DNA from: Macrostomum lignano
Lineage: Eukaryota
Assembly: GCA_002269645.1 (NCBI GenBank)
Contig: NIVC01002541.1
Span: 124,001 to 188,000 of the forward strand
Direction: 5' to 3'
Length of the DNA stretch: 64,000 bases
Shown here: piece after piece, positions 41,807 to 54,874 of the stretch
Layout: each line of letters starts with the position of its first letter
How positions within the stretch are numbered: position 1 is the first letter of the stretch
Translations under genes and position numbers: made by a program
The notes under the pieces: generated by a model
What the model saw: the letters and a program-made list of their open reading frames with translations, nothing else
The model's database searches: none
Told to the model about the DNA's origin: nothing

Positions 41807-42311
41807 GCATACTCCTACCTAAACACAAATAAAGACGCGCATTAAATTTACAAAACAAATCATAACAGTTTTACACTTTTAATTAATATAATTAAACTAT
41901 GCATTCAAACTTGCGCCACTGTGAAACAATCTTCGGTAGAAATCCAGTTGGTTCTCATATCCTTGAACTAAGCTTTTCGTTTATTAGTTAGTTATTTATT
42001 TATTTGTTGCAACAAACGTTGAACTCTACTAATAGTAGGCTAGTTAGCTGGGGAGAGATTGAGTTTAAAAGTAAAAAAACCCACAGAAAGTAATATATTA
42101 AAAATATGAGTATGCAAAATATTGCATAGGTTACAATTAAATCCAGCAAATAGAAATATGTTATGAAGAAATTATTAATATATAGTCGGTACAATAAACT
42201 ATAGACATGGGAGTTGTCCGGGTAGTTTTCATATTTGATTTTCCTCACGAGTCGATCTCGTAACTTTGAAGACCATAAAAAATCAGCAATTTAGCAGAGA
42301 ACTCGGGTCAA

Positions 42312-43413
42312 TCATTTATCTGATTTTGCGCAGACCGGGCAGAGGCAGCGAATTCTGCGACTGGCCAACAGGCCGCCCGGCCCGGCGCCAACATGGTTGA
42401 GCTTGTCGCGCAGAGACTGCCTGGCAGATCTGGCCAGCTCTTGGCCGGCTTTGTAGTTGCCGCGGGCCTTCTCAACAACGTTGGGAAACATCTGGCTGAG
42501 CACGTGCATGAAGCCGCGGTTCGTGTCCTCCACCCGCTTGGCGTAGCTGCTAATGAAGAAATTGTTTGCCTTGCGCTGGAGCCAGTCTGACACGCGGACA
42601 GTGTGCCGGATGCGGACGGTTTTCAGCACCTGGCGCAGGTGGAGTGGGACAGACAAATAAAGCTTATGACTGAATTTATTGAGAAACGGTGTGCGATAAG
42701 CAGAGTGTAAAGGGGGTGGGTCAGAGGATCGGGGGTGGGTGATAAGCAGAGTGTAAAGGGGGTGGGTCAGAGGATCGGGGGTGGGTGATAAGCAGAGTGT
42801 ACATATGGCTGGGGCAGGGGATTGTGGGGTGGGTGATAAGCAGAGTGTACATATGGCTGGGGCAGGGGATTGTGGGGTGGGTGATAAGCAGAGTGTACAT
42901 GGGGCTGGGGCAGGGGATTGTGGGGTGGGTGATAAGCAGAGTGTACATATGGCTGGGGCAGGGAATTTGGGGGTATTTGATAAGCCAAGTGTACATGGGG
43001 CTGGGTCAGGAGATTGTGGGTGGGTGGATGGACATAGAGCTCACCCGAGTCTCATCCCCACACGGAGTGTAGTGCACGGTCTCGGTGAAAACGCCCAGCC
43101 GAGTGAGCAGTCCGATATTCCTTGTGGTTGTGACAATAGACTTGGCAGCCGGATCGATAACCGAGTCTTCAACAATGTACTCGCACATGCTGGTCAGGGA
43201 TTTCAAATACCAGGGCAGCGCGCCGGGGGATCTCTGTTTAACTAACAGTCGGCGGGTGTGCAAACAGCCGTCCACAATGCGCCTGTCGACAACGTCCTCT
43301 GCGACAATATGCTTAGCGTAGGGATTAGGATAGCGCCGCCAAAACGCCAGACAGACCCGTTCCCAGCTGAATGGCAGGCGCTGCGTCACTGATAGATGGC
43401 CGCTGTCCGCCAT
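42312..43413 (-). CDS. PRELID1: PRELI/MSF1-domain protein (PRELID1/Ups1-like mitochondrial phospholipid transfer), about 228 aa
   Basis: Exons 43413-43045 and 42629-42312 (phase 0). PRELI motifs FSWERVCLAFWRRYPNPYAKHIVAEDVVDR, LHTRRLLVK, YIVEDSVIDP. Helical C-terminal extension. The paralogue call (PRELID1 vs PRELID3) is an inference. Confidence 0.85.
42695..43015. repeat. About 48-bp minisatellite, PRELID1 intron
   Basis: GGGTGATAAGCAGAGTGTACATATGGCTGGGGCAGGGGATTGTGGGGT units. Confidence 0.88.
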
Positions 43414-43529
43414 GCTTAGACAGGGCAGTCGCCTCTCACATGCATGCAATAATTAGGGTTTGTGACGGCAGTAAAGTTTAACCCAAATCCATTGTTTTGC
43501 AAAATATACTCCTAATCTACCTTAATCCT

Positions 43530-44005
43530 ATCCCCTCCAATATACACACCACACTCTTTAACCACCTCAACACCCCCAATGTACACCACACTGCTTAACC
43601 GACTAAAACTGCCCCGATGTACACACCACACTGCTTAACCGACTCAAAACTGCACCCAATGTACACACCACACTCCTTAACCGACTCAAAGCTGCCCCCA
43701 ATGTACACCACACTCCTTAACCGCCTCAACACTTCTCTAATGTACACACCACACTCCTTAACCGCCTCAACACCCCCTAATGTACACACCACACTCCTTA
43801 ACCGACTCAAAACTGCCTCCAATGTACACCACACTCCTTAACAGACTCAAAACTGCCTCCAATGTACACCACACTCCTTAACCGACTCAAAACTGCCTCC
43901 AATGTACACCACACTAATTAACCGACTCAAAACTGCCTCCAATGTACACCACACTAATTAACCGACTCAAAACTGCCTCCAATGTACACCACACTCCTAA
44001 ACCGC
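43530..44005. repeat. About 40-bp minisatellite (AATGTACACCACACTCCTTAACCGACTCAAAACTGCCTCC)
   Basis: Tandem units seen directly. Confidence 0.9.
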
Positions 44006-44664
44006 CTTTACTCTAATAGTGCAAATGTATGATACTGCAATCAGACACTAGAACTAGAACCAACTGTTTAGAAGAGTAAATAAGTAAAGCAAAACAGTGT
44101 TACATATCTCACAAAATAGGATAAAATTTCTTTCACCGAGAGCGATTGTGCAGACATGAATAGTACACAATGCACTTTCTGTTTGAAAATAGCAAACTAA
44201 TTAAATCATGCGACTAAAATTAAAAGCCACAATTAGGTTGACAAATTCTAATTGGGCAAGCGCTTTAATAATATTTGACAGGCCAATAAGCTACTTGAAC
44301 AATAATTTGATACTTGCTTAAAATTATGAATATACGAGCGTAAAATCACAGTGGCTGAAACTACTTTCAATTTGGAATAAAATATGTTATCAATAGTTGC
44401 AAAAAGTCTTTCCCATGACAAAATATCGAAAAAAAACTTTTTGCTATTGTCAATGGTCGCCCTTCAAATGGTTTCGAAGCTAAAGAAAAACTGCATTGCT
44501 TTAAAAACAGGGAATGAAAACACATTAGCATAATTCGTAAGTTATTATTAAAGTAAATTGCACGTAAATTGCACGCACTAACCTAATCAGGAAAGCCGAA
44601 TAGTCGATATTTTATCAGACACAAGAAACAAGGGTAAGCCGCGACAGGCGAGGGTTTGGCCGGG

Positions 44665-45070
44665 AGCGAGTGTACGCTGGGGATAGAGTGGAGTGAAATT
44701 GATGGGTGGGAGCGAGAGTACACTGGGGATAGAGTAAAGTGAAATTGAGGGGTGGGAGCGAGTGTACACTAGGGGATAGAGTAAAGTGAAATTGAGGGGT
44801 GGGAGCGAGTGTACACTAGGGGATAGAGTGAAGTGAAATTGAGGGGTGGGAGCAAGTGCACGCTGACGATAGAGTGGAGTGAAATTGAGGGGTTGGAGCG
44901 ACTGTATGCTGGGGATAGGTAAAATTGAGGGGTTGGAGCGAGTGTACACTGGGGATAGAGTGGGGTGAAATTGAGGGGTTGGAGCGAGTGTACACTGGGG
45001 ATAGAGTGGGGTGAAATTGAGGGGTTGGAGCGAGTGTACACTGAGGATAGAGTGAAGGAAATTGAGGGGT
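44665..45070. repeat. About 46-bp minisatellite (GAGTGTACACTGGGGATAGAGTGGGGTGAAATTGAGGGGTTGGAGC)
   Basis: Tandem units seen directly. Confidence 0.88.
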
Positions 45071-45594
45071 ACACTGCGAAAGGGTACACAAACAATGCAG
45101 TGAAGAAAATGAAAACTAGATTCTTGCAGAGGCCTTAGACTTCAGTTAGGATTTCATGGCAATTATTAAGTAGCGGTTAAATGGTTAAATGAGTTGTTGA
45201 AAGATTCGATATAATTTTAAAAGTAAAAGTTGACTATGCTATTTTTTCAAAATCGAACATAGCCGAACAAAAAGCATAATAAATGTTTATCAAATTTGCG
45301 GAAAAAAATAAAACTAATTATCAATAAATTTGGCAGATACAATCAGGGTAAGTGAAACACGTGTCATCTTTGCATTTTCTTCAAATTCTGCGCAACAAAA
45401 AATCATAACTAAGTAGCGAATTAAATAGCTACACGTCGCAATTACAAATACAAAGCGAGGAGAAAAAACAGGCATTACAATTAGACGCAAAGCGAACCAG
45501 TTGAAAGTCCCATCTTTCGACAGGTAAAAAACGACAGTTTAAAAATCCTCATTGAAAGGAAAGCACAGCAGACTAAGGCCCAGCCGCCGCCAGT

Positions 45595-48500
45595 TCACAG
45601 CGATCCCCGAATCAGGTTGCCATCATCGAAGCTGAACTGCACCGCCTTCTTGCCGCCTTCAGCCACGGCAGCGACAGCCGCCGACGTGGCCGCGGTGGCC
45701 AGACGAACGCCGCCGACTCGGCGACGCCGCCTAACCGAGGAACCGGCACGGCGGGGCACGTCGACGCCCAACTGATCGTCGCCCGATTCGTCATCGGCGG
45801 CGCCGGCATCCATGTCGTCGTCAACGCCGCCGAATAGCTCGGGATCGCTAAAGTGCTGCGGCTCATCCTGCAACGCACCGTCGCCACCGACACCGCTGCC
45901 GATGATGCCGTTGTCGACAGCGTCGTTCTGCTGGCTGCCAGCCGGTATTTTATCGCCATTTTCACCGACATTATCGTCGTAATCTTCGTCGGAGTTGCTC
46001 GTCGAACTGCTGGAATCGTCGTCAAGGCAACCGTCCGACCACACTACCGGGCTTCTCCGTCCGAGTCGTTTAGCGCCAGCCGGGCACCTCGGCCGCCGCT
46101 GCCGCCTCCGCCGCCGCCAGCGGGGTTGTCAATGCGGCAGAGCATCTCGGCCAGGTCGGTGAAGCGCAGAGAAGGCGGCGCCTGCTCCTCCGGCGCGGTG
46201 GCGGCCACGGCTGCGGCGGCGGCCGCTGCGGCGGTGGCAGCAGCATTGGGATTGGTTGAGGATGCCAGGGGATCGGACTGTTGGCGGCTGATCTGCAATG
46301 GCCGAAGTCGGGATGTTCGGTAATTCGGGAGGATGTTCGGGAGGTTGCAGGTAACACAGGTAGAATAGGAAAGAATTTACTCGCCAAAAAGTCATCAAAA
46401 AGTCGCCTAAGATTAAATTTCAAGGGTTTTTATTGTGTGCGACTCTGAAACGACTCCGGGGACCGTAGACTCGTGTCTGGAGTCGCTAAAGAATCGCTGA
46501 GTTGCGTCTAAAGCGCATCTGCGTCACTTTAATGAATCAGAATCGCATTTCAGATTTTTAACAACTCAATGGTAGAAAGTTGAGCGCTAATACGACTTTT
46601 GGACGACTTTTTAGGCACTCTTACGATTCTGCAACTCACACGATGCCCTAGTGACTCAACAGTCGCCTCTCAGTCGCATTGCAGTCGCCCATCCTCGCAT
46701 ATATTTGCCCACACCAATCATTAGCAATCTGAAGTTACCAACAAGCCGCACAAAAGGTTGAAAAGAACACATTACCAGTCAGAGTAGCCACAAACTTGGG
46801 GCCTGTTGCAATGCTTGCTTGCTCCCAAGGTACAGCTTGTGTTAAGCACAATATCATGAAAACTCACCTGTCGTTTAAACACCGGCAGCTTTTTAGATCG
46901 GCTCCACTTGGTAATGGCGTCCAATGCGTAGCGATAGCCGACCTGGTAGATTTCTTCAAACGAGCCGAATTGCAGAGTGGCGTATCGTTCAATTGGCGGC
47001 CGCAGGTATTCGCACAGGCCGTCAGATTTCACGCGCTCCAATTGGCGAACGCAGGACACGTACGCCAGACGGGACTGGATCTCGGTCAGGTTCGGCACGT
47101 TCACCTGATTGGGCGAAGTGATGCATTACACAACCTGATTGCGAAACTTAGCTAAGACAATGGAACAACTGCTGTCCTAAATAAGCTAATTGAGCTCCAG
47201 TGTGACATAGATAAGCTAATTGAGCTCCAGTACAGGTAAGCTAATAGAGCTCCAGTACAGGTAAGCTAACTGAGCTCCAGTGTGACATAGATAAGCTAAT
47301 TGAGCTCCAGTACAGGTAAGCTAACTGAGCTCCAGTGTGACATAGATAAGCTAATTGAGCTCCAGTACAGGTAAGCTAATTGAGCTTCAGTGTAACACAG
47401 GTAAGCTAATTGAGCTCCAGTGTCACACAGGCAAGCTAATTGAGCTCCAGTATCATACAGGTAAGCTAATTGAGCTCCAGTGTCACACAGGTAAGCTAAT
47501 TGAGCTCCAGTGTCACACAGGCAAGCTAATTGAGCTCCAGTATCATACAGGTAAGCTAATTGAGCTCCAGTGTCACACAGGTAAGCTAATTGAGCTCCAG
47601 TGTCACACAGGCAAGCTAATTGAGCTCCAGTGTCATATAGATAAGCCAATCAAGCGGGTGTCACGGGTGAGCTAATTAAACAACAGTCGCATATAGCCAT
47701 GCATCAAACTAAATAGACGGAGAAGGTCGCACCTTGGCGGCAAACGGATTAATCCGCTTGTACAGCAGCCACCAGCCGGACAGCTCGTCTCCATAATTAG
47801 TCAAATTAGTCTCATCCTGCGACCCGACATCCACAGCGAAGATAGTAGACGGGGCAAACTTAGTTTTCATCACATCGGCCGGCAGGTTGTTGACGTAGCC
47901 GCCGTCTAGGAGCAAGTTGCCGCTGGCCGGGTCGCACAGGGGCGGCAGGTAGCCGCTCAGAGACATGCTGGCTCGAACGTAGCGCCACAACGAGCCGCTG
48001 GTGTGAACTCGCATCTGCGATTTAGTAATATCAGTAGTGATGCAGAAATATGGCAGCCACAGGTCCTCGATGCAACGATCGCCAAACACAGATTCGATGC
48101 CGCGGTTGAATGCCCGGCCAGTGAACATTGCAGTCTGAGGATAGGTGAGATCCACCAGCTTGTTCCACAGCGAGCTCATCTCTTTAGAGAACTGCCGAGC
48201 CCTGGCTTCGAAGCCTTCTAGACGGGTCTCCTCAGCCCACAGGGCGCCCATGAACGAGCCGATGCTGGTGCCGCCAACCATGTCGATGGGGATGCCGTGC
48301 TCAGTGAGTGCGCGCACAATGCCAACGTGAGCGATGCCTCTGGCGCCGCCGCCGCCCAGTACCAGGCCTACCGCTGTGTTGGTGACCACTCGGGCCAGAC
48401 GGGAAATGTCCGACATCGGGTCTGGCGGCTCGGCGAATACGCGTCTGCGGAGGCGAGATTGCTGCTCATTGTTGGGGCTGATCAGAATCATGAGCAAATG

Positions 48501-50133
48501 GCATTTTGGGGGCAGAGGCTGGGGTAGTTGATGTACATTTGTGGGCAGAGACTGGGGTAGGTGTTAATACATTTGGGGGCAGAGGATGGGGTAGGGGTTA
48601 ATGCACATTTGGGGGCAGAGGCTGGGGTAGGGGTTAATGTACATTTGGGGGCAGAGGCTGGGGTAGGGGTTAATGTACATTTGGGGGCAGAGGCTGGAGT
48701 AGGGGTTAATGTACATTTGGGGGCAGAGGCAGGGGTAGTTAATGTACATTTGGGGCAGAGGCTGGGGTAGGGGTCAATGTACATTTGGGGGCAGAGGCTG
48801 GGGTAGGGGTCAATGTACATTTGGGGGCAGAGGCTGGGGTAGTTAATGTACATTTGGGGCAGAGGCTAGGTAGGAGTAAGTGTACACCCGGGGTAGGAGT
48901 TCAAGGAAAGGAAAGGCGGTAGAGTCGCATCTTAGTCGCCCCCCCCCCCCCAGAAGGCAAACTCAGAGCAAACCGAGAACAGCAATGTAGACAAGGCGAT
49001 CACCTGTAAACCTCGAGCAGCCGGCTGGAGCTGGCACCGGCTCCGGCGCCGCGCCTACGGCTAAACATTCGACGCGGGGCGCGCACGTGCAGGTGCTGTT
49101 GAATCACCAGACGATTGTCACCGAGGGGCTCGGAGGCGCGACTTAAAAACTCGCCAGTTTTTCCTGCAGTGGGCGCGTCGTTATGTCAATGTCTCAATGG
49201 TCCGTTCATTAAAATGCACTACTGACTGTCTGTCTGCCTGTCTATCTATTTAGGTCAAAAAGTCCACTGTGACTGCAGGAATGTGGTGTATGCCATTATG
49301 TGCAAGACTTGCAATGACCGCTGTATCTACGTAGGTGAGAGAGGAGGCGCTCTTAAAGTCAGACTTTAAGCTCACCTGAGCGACATCAGACTGGCTAAGG
49401 ACACCCCAATCTCCAGACACTTTCGGTCACCAAACCACAGTATTCACGACCTCCGCTTTATGGGTCTGTGGTACCTCAGTACTGAGTGCCTGGCCACTAA
49501 AGAGGGCGCTCAACGCAGGCGAGGAATATGGAGCAGAAGCTCATCGCTTTACTACAGACTCAGACTCCAGCAGGCTTAAACATCGTCATCACTGAAAAAG
49601 ACGCCTGCATCCCAATTGTGATCTGTTTCACGGACCACTCTGGGCGAGTTGTTCATCAAATTCGCACGGCCATTTCGAACCACGCTGCAGAGCTGGATAC
49701 GGTGGCTGCCTATACTCGCTCTCGCTCATTAAAGGACATTCTATGTCCATCCAACCTGCCCGCCGGAACTAATGGTCAGTCTCGAAACTCAAACCTCTTT
49801 TCTGATGAGCACTAGATGTACAGGTGTACACACGCATTGCAACGTAACGCTCCAACCATATTGATCATTTTATTTTACACGTGGTTTTTTATATACTCAC
49901 TATAAATACTCAACTCTGTTTTAATTTACCCACTTTCACAGATTTTTATTTACAATATACCCTGACGAAGACCCGGTTCGGGTTGAAAATTTGTTTTTTT
50001 TCTTGGAATTTAATTGGAGAAATTGTGACTTTGCTTCAACTGTATGCGTGGTTTCCTTTCGCCTTATCTATTTATCTATCTATCTATCTATCTATCTATC
50101 CATCTATCTATCTATCTACAGTGTATCTATCCA

Positions 50134-50172
<39 letters not shown>

Positions 50173-53100
50173 GTCTGCCCGCCAGTCTCACCAGGCGTGG
50201 GATAGAGCGTGCTCTCCTTATGCAGCAGAATGAGCATGTTGAGCACTCGGCAAGAATCGGGCAGCACTACCTGCCGCACGTGATCCATAGTTTCAACTCT
50301 ATCGCTGGCCAGAGCCACAATCAGCACACAATCGGCCTGCCGAATGCACCGCTTTGTCCAGGCGGTCTTGTCCAGGTCGCAGAGGTACAGCAGCAACCGG
50401 TGATCGTCCTCCTGCTGAGCCAGCCAGCTGGTGACCCGGTACTCCTGGTCGCGATCGAATGCTCTGCGACCGAATCGTTTGAGCATGATGCGGGAGTTGA
50501 GGCGCAGACTGGCCCCGATGGTTGACATGGCGTGCTGCAGCTCCAGGGAGAATGCTTCTAGGGGCACCTGGGGAAAATTGCAGATGAGAAATTTGAATGA
50601 TTGAATCGGTATCGAAATAACCTCACTCATTCAGCAGCCTCTCAAATAGCTTGGCTTCCATAGCTACCTCACTCATTCAGCAGCCTCTCAACCAGCTTGG
50701 CTTCCATAGCTACCTCACTCACTCAGCAGCCTCTCAATCAGCTTGGATTCCATAGCTATCTCACTCACTCAGCAGCCTCTCAATCAGCTTGGCTTCCATA
50801 GCTACCTCACTCATTCAGCAGCCTCTCAACTACTAGCTTGGATTCCATAGCTACCTCACTCATTCAGCAGCCTCTCAACTACTAGCTTGGATTCCATAGC
50901 TACCTCACTCATTCAGCAGCCTCTCAACCAGCTTGGCTTCCATAGCTACCTCACTCATTCAGCAGCCTCTCAACCAGCTTGGATTCCATAGCTACCTCAC
51001 TCATTCAGCAGCCTCTCAACTACTAGCTTGGATTCCATAGCTACCTCACTCATTCAGCAGCCTCTCAACCAGCTTGGCTTCCATAGCTACCTCACTCATT
51101 CAGCAGCCTCTCAAATAGCTTTGATTTTATAGCTACCTCACTCATTCAGCAGCCTCTCAAATAGCTTGAGCTATTTACCTTAGTGCTAGCTGGGAACAGG
51201 GCCACAGAACGCAGGTTGGACATTGGCAAACGGTACAGCTCGAACTCTCGCCCAGTCCTAGACTCAGGATTGTCAACAATATTGCCAAGAAGCCATTGCG
51301 ACACCAGAGTGGTGAGTCGGGTCACTATATACGGATGACGCCGCTTGATGTTGTCCAGCAGGTCAACCGGGATGGCGGCCAGCTCGCTGTCCCGTACGGC
51401 CAGCACGGTGGTGGCTCTGGGCCTGGTGGTGAACACTTCTAAGAAACCAACCAGATCGCCCCTGCCCAGCTCGGCTGTGAGCTCCTTGTGACCCTGAGGA
51501 GTTGTGTGTGCCTGGCGAAGGCGGCCGTGCAACAGCAAGTAGACAGCGTTGGCGATGTCGCCCTGCAAGGCGGAGAATAGCCAGATAGCAGTTGTGTACT
51601 TTTAAATAGACTGGACTTCAGCTTAGATAATAGTTATTAGCTGAATACTAACCGCAATCAACTCTGCTTAACTTGGAGGTGCTAACTCGTGTCTAGAGTC
51701 GGCTGTAGAATCACTGAGTTGCGTCTAACTAAAGCACATCTGCGTCGCTTAATGAAGAAGAATCGCATTTCACATTTATAGCAACTCTATTTAGTCTACT
51801 TAAGTAAGTAGAAAGTTAAGCGCTAGCACAACGACTCTTAAACGACTTTTTCTACGGTCTTAAAGCTCACGTGATGCCCTAGTGACTCAACAATCGCCTC
51901 TCAGTCGCATTGCAGTCGTTTGAGTCAGTCAAAAAAGTCACAAGAGCCGGCCCAGAGTTGCCTGAGTCACTACTGAGCTGTTTTCAACGGGATATGCTTT
52001 TACACTACTGTCAGTAGTTTTAGCCAGGGAAAATATTTCTGGTAGGGCTAGATCGCAAGTTTTGGGCTTCCTTATAATTATCGAGCAGTTGAAGCTCTGG
52101 GTAAAGAAAAATTGCCAGTCTTGGAACTTTGTAAGCCGAACTAAGGCAGTTAGAAGAAGTAAGGTAAGACTGGTGAAAAGGTTAGGGAATGCGTAAAACT
52201 GTTAAGGGTAGTCTATGCCTAATTTATATTGCACAACTAAGAGTTAACTATTGTAAGAACTATTGCATGCTTAAATCCTACATTTTTTTCGTTTTACATC
52301 TTTGGAGTAAATAAAAATATTTGGGTGTCCTGACTCAATTCTTTGATCTCTAAGTATCTAGGATTAGAGAAATCACGAGCCTGGTAGAAGCAATCTACCA
52401 AAACTCAAACCAGTTATAATCCATTAAGCATAACAATAACAAGCAGTAGCCTAAGCCGCAAACCACACTTCCATAAATATTTCCAAGAGCCTAACCTGCT
52501 TATAGAGCGGCTTGCCAGACTCCAGGCAGAGCCAGTCCAGCACAAAGTCCACCTGTCTGAGAAACGGCGACAGTCGTCTAACAATTAAACTGGCCAGTGG
52601 CAGCACCAGACTGGGCTGGGCCCGCATCAGGGCGTAGAAATCCCGGCTGCTGATGGCGGCCACGCAGGCGTCGGCTTCGCAGCGGACGGTGAAGAGCGAC
52701 GCCTCGCCAGTGAGAATAGCGATCATGCCGCAGAGCTCGCCAGGACCGGCCGAGTAGAGCAGACTGGAGCCCTGGTAGCCCTGGAGCGCGGGATGAAAAA
52801 TCATATGGAAGGCTAGCAGGGGTCAGTGGCAACGTGATTCAAGGGGTCAACAGGGTTCAATGATAGATGGAGTAACGGAGTTCAATGGGAAACGCTGATC
52901 AATTGGTTATGGGTAATGGTAATGGGCTCAATGGAACAAAAGGAGCTAAGGGGTTAACGGGGGTCGAAGACAAAAAAGGTCAAAGGGATAACGGGGGTTA
53001 AGGGGACAAAGGAGCCAAGGATTTAACGGGGGTCCAAGACAAAGAAGGTCAAGGGGGTAACGGGGGTCAAGGGGACAAAAAGGGTCAAAGGGGTAAGAGG

Positions 53101-54741
53101 TCAAGAGGACAAGAGGTCAAGGGGGTAGGGGTCAAAGGGGTAAGAGGTCAAGAGGACAAGAGGTCAAGGGGGTAGGGGTCAAAGACGTCCCGTTCATGGG
53201 CTCATGGGTAACGTCAGTCAAGCAATGCTCAAGAAAGGATGACTCTGATAGGGAGAGCGAATGCTGAGGTCACTCATAATCACAAATGTAATTGAGACCC
53301 GTGTCCAGACAGTTCGCAGAGGAACAGCCCACCTGCTGCGTCACAGCCAGCCTGCCAGTGACAACATAGAACAGCGTAGGCAAATGCTCGCCCTGCTTGG
53401 CCAGCTTGGCGCCGGCGTGCACATTCGCCAGGCTGACCCGACCGTCCAGCAGGCTGGCATCGGACAGGCCAAACAGCTCGGCCAGGTCAGCCTGGGCAGC
53501 GGACAGCAGCTGCTCCTGACGGGCCGCCTCCGAGTCTTCTGGGCCTGCGAAAATAAAAAAACAGTTGGGTAATTGACTGTCTATGGACACACCCGGTTCC
53601 GACACTGCCCACAAACTCGACATTCCAAAACTAGCTTTCGACACACGACACTCCGACATTATCCGACACACTCAACATTTCGACATTCCGACAAAATCTA
53701 TCGACACATTCGACATGATCAATCGACACACAAAACAATCCGACACTCGACATTCCGACACTATCCATCGACACTCGAGATTCCGACATTATCCATCGAC
53801 ACTCGACATACCGACGCTATACATCGACACTCGACATACCGACACTATCCATGGACACACTCGACATTCCAACACTATCCATGGACACACTGATTCTGAT
53901 TCTGATCCCCGCGCAACAAATGTAGATGAGGGAAATCCTTACCATCCTGATCCTGTCGCGGTCTTCGCTGCTTCCGAAGTCGTTGAAAAGTGACAGGCGT
54001 GCCATCACGTCCGGCTCGCTGCTGCTGCTGCTGCTGATGCCGCAGGCGGTGCTGGTGATGCCCGACTCCGCCGCCACCGCTGCCAACAATGCGCGGCGCC
54101 TCGCCCATAGCCAGCAGTGACCGGTCGCCCGAGCTTGCTCCGGCGCCGCCCTTTCCGTTGCCGTCCAATTCGCTGTCGGAGTCCTCGCTATCCTCGCTAG
54201 TGAAGATGACACCCGGTCGGCCTTCGGTTCTATCCAAGTTTGTCGACGAAGCGCTGGCGGTCCGTCGGTGATGCTTCGACGTCCAGCGTCGGTCGTTGCG
54301 CCGCCTCCGCATGGCGGTCTCCTCGGCGGCGTCGAAGTCGGTGGGATCGCCTCGATCTGCCAGGCCCGAGTCGGAGCCGGCGGAATCCGCTGAGGCGGCG
54401 GTGGCAGACGGCGACTTCGACCGGGAGCGGCGGAACACCCGGATGGGAATGGCTGCCGACGGTGTGGGCGTCAGGACCGGTGGCGGCTTTGATGCCATCG
54501 GCACCGGCTGGGGCGCTGGAGTGCTGGAGCCGGGGGGGACGCCGGTTGCCGCTGCAGCCGAGGAGGCCAGGCTCAGCACCCGACAGCCGGATGGCGCATG
54601 GGAGTCTGAGCTGACCAGCTCGCTAGTGAGTCCTAGGTAGCCGTTAAGCGCCTGTTTTGTGCAAGTTATACAGGCTGTAATAAGATACGGATGGCAGACA
54701 GACAGACCGACACAAAGACAGAGACACACAGACAGGCAGAC

Positions 54742-54790
<49 letters not shown>

Positions 54791-54801
54791 GGCAGACAGA
54801 C

Positions 54802-54874
<73 letters not shown>

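Noticed and set aside
53817-54212. Alternative frame ([19 protein letters not shown]) as the true PNPLA6/7 frame, implying another frameshift
   Set aside because: The 54651-53943 frame is open and its phase-1 donor matches the next acceptor; the alternative frame does not match.
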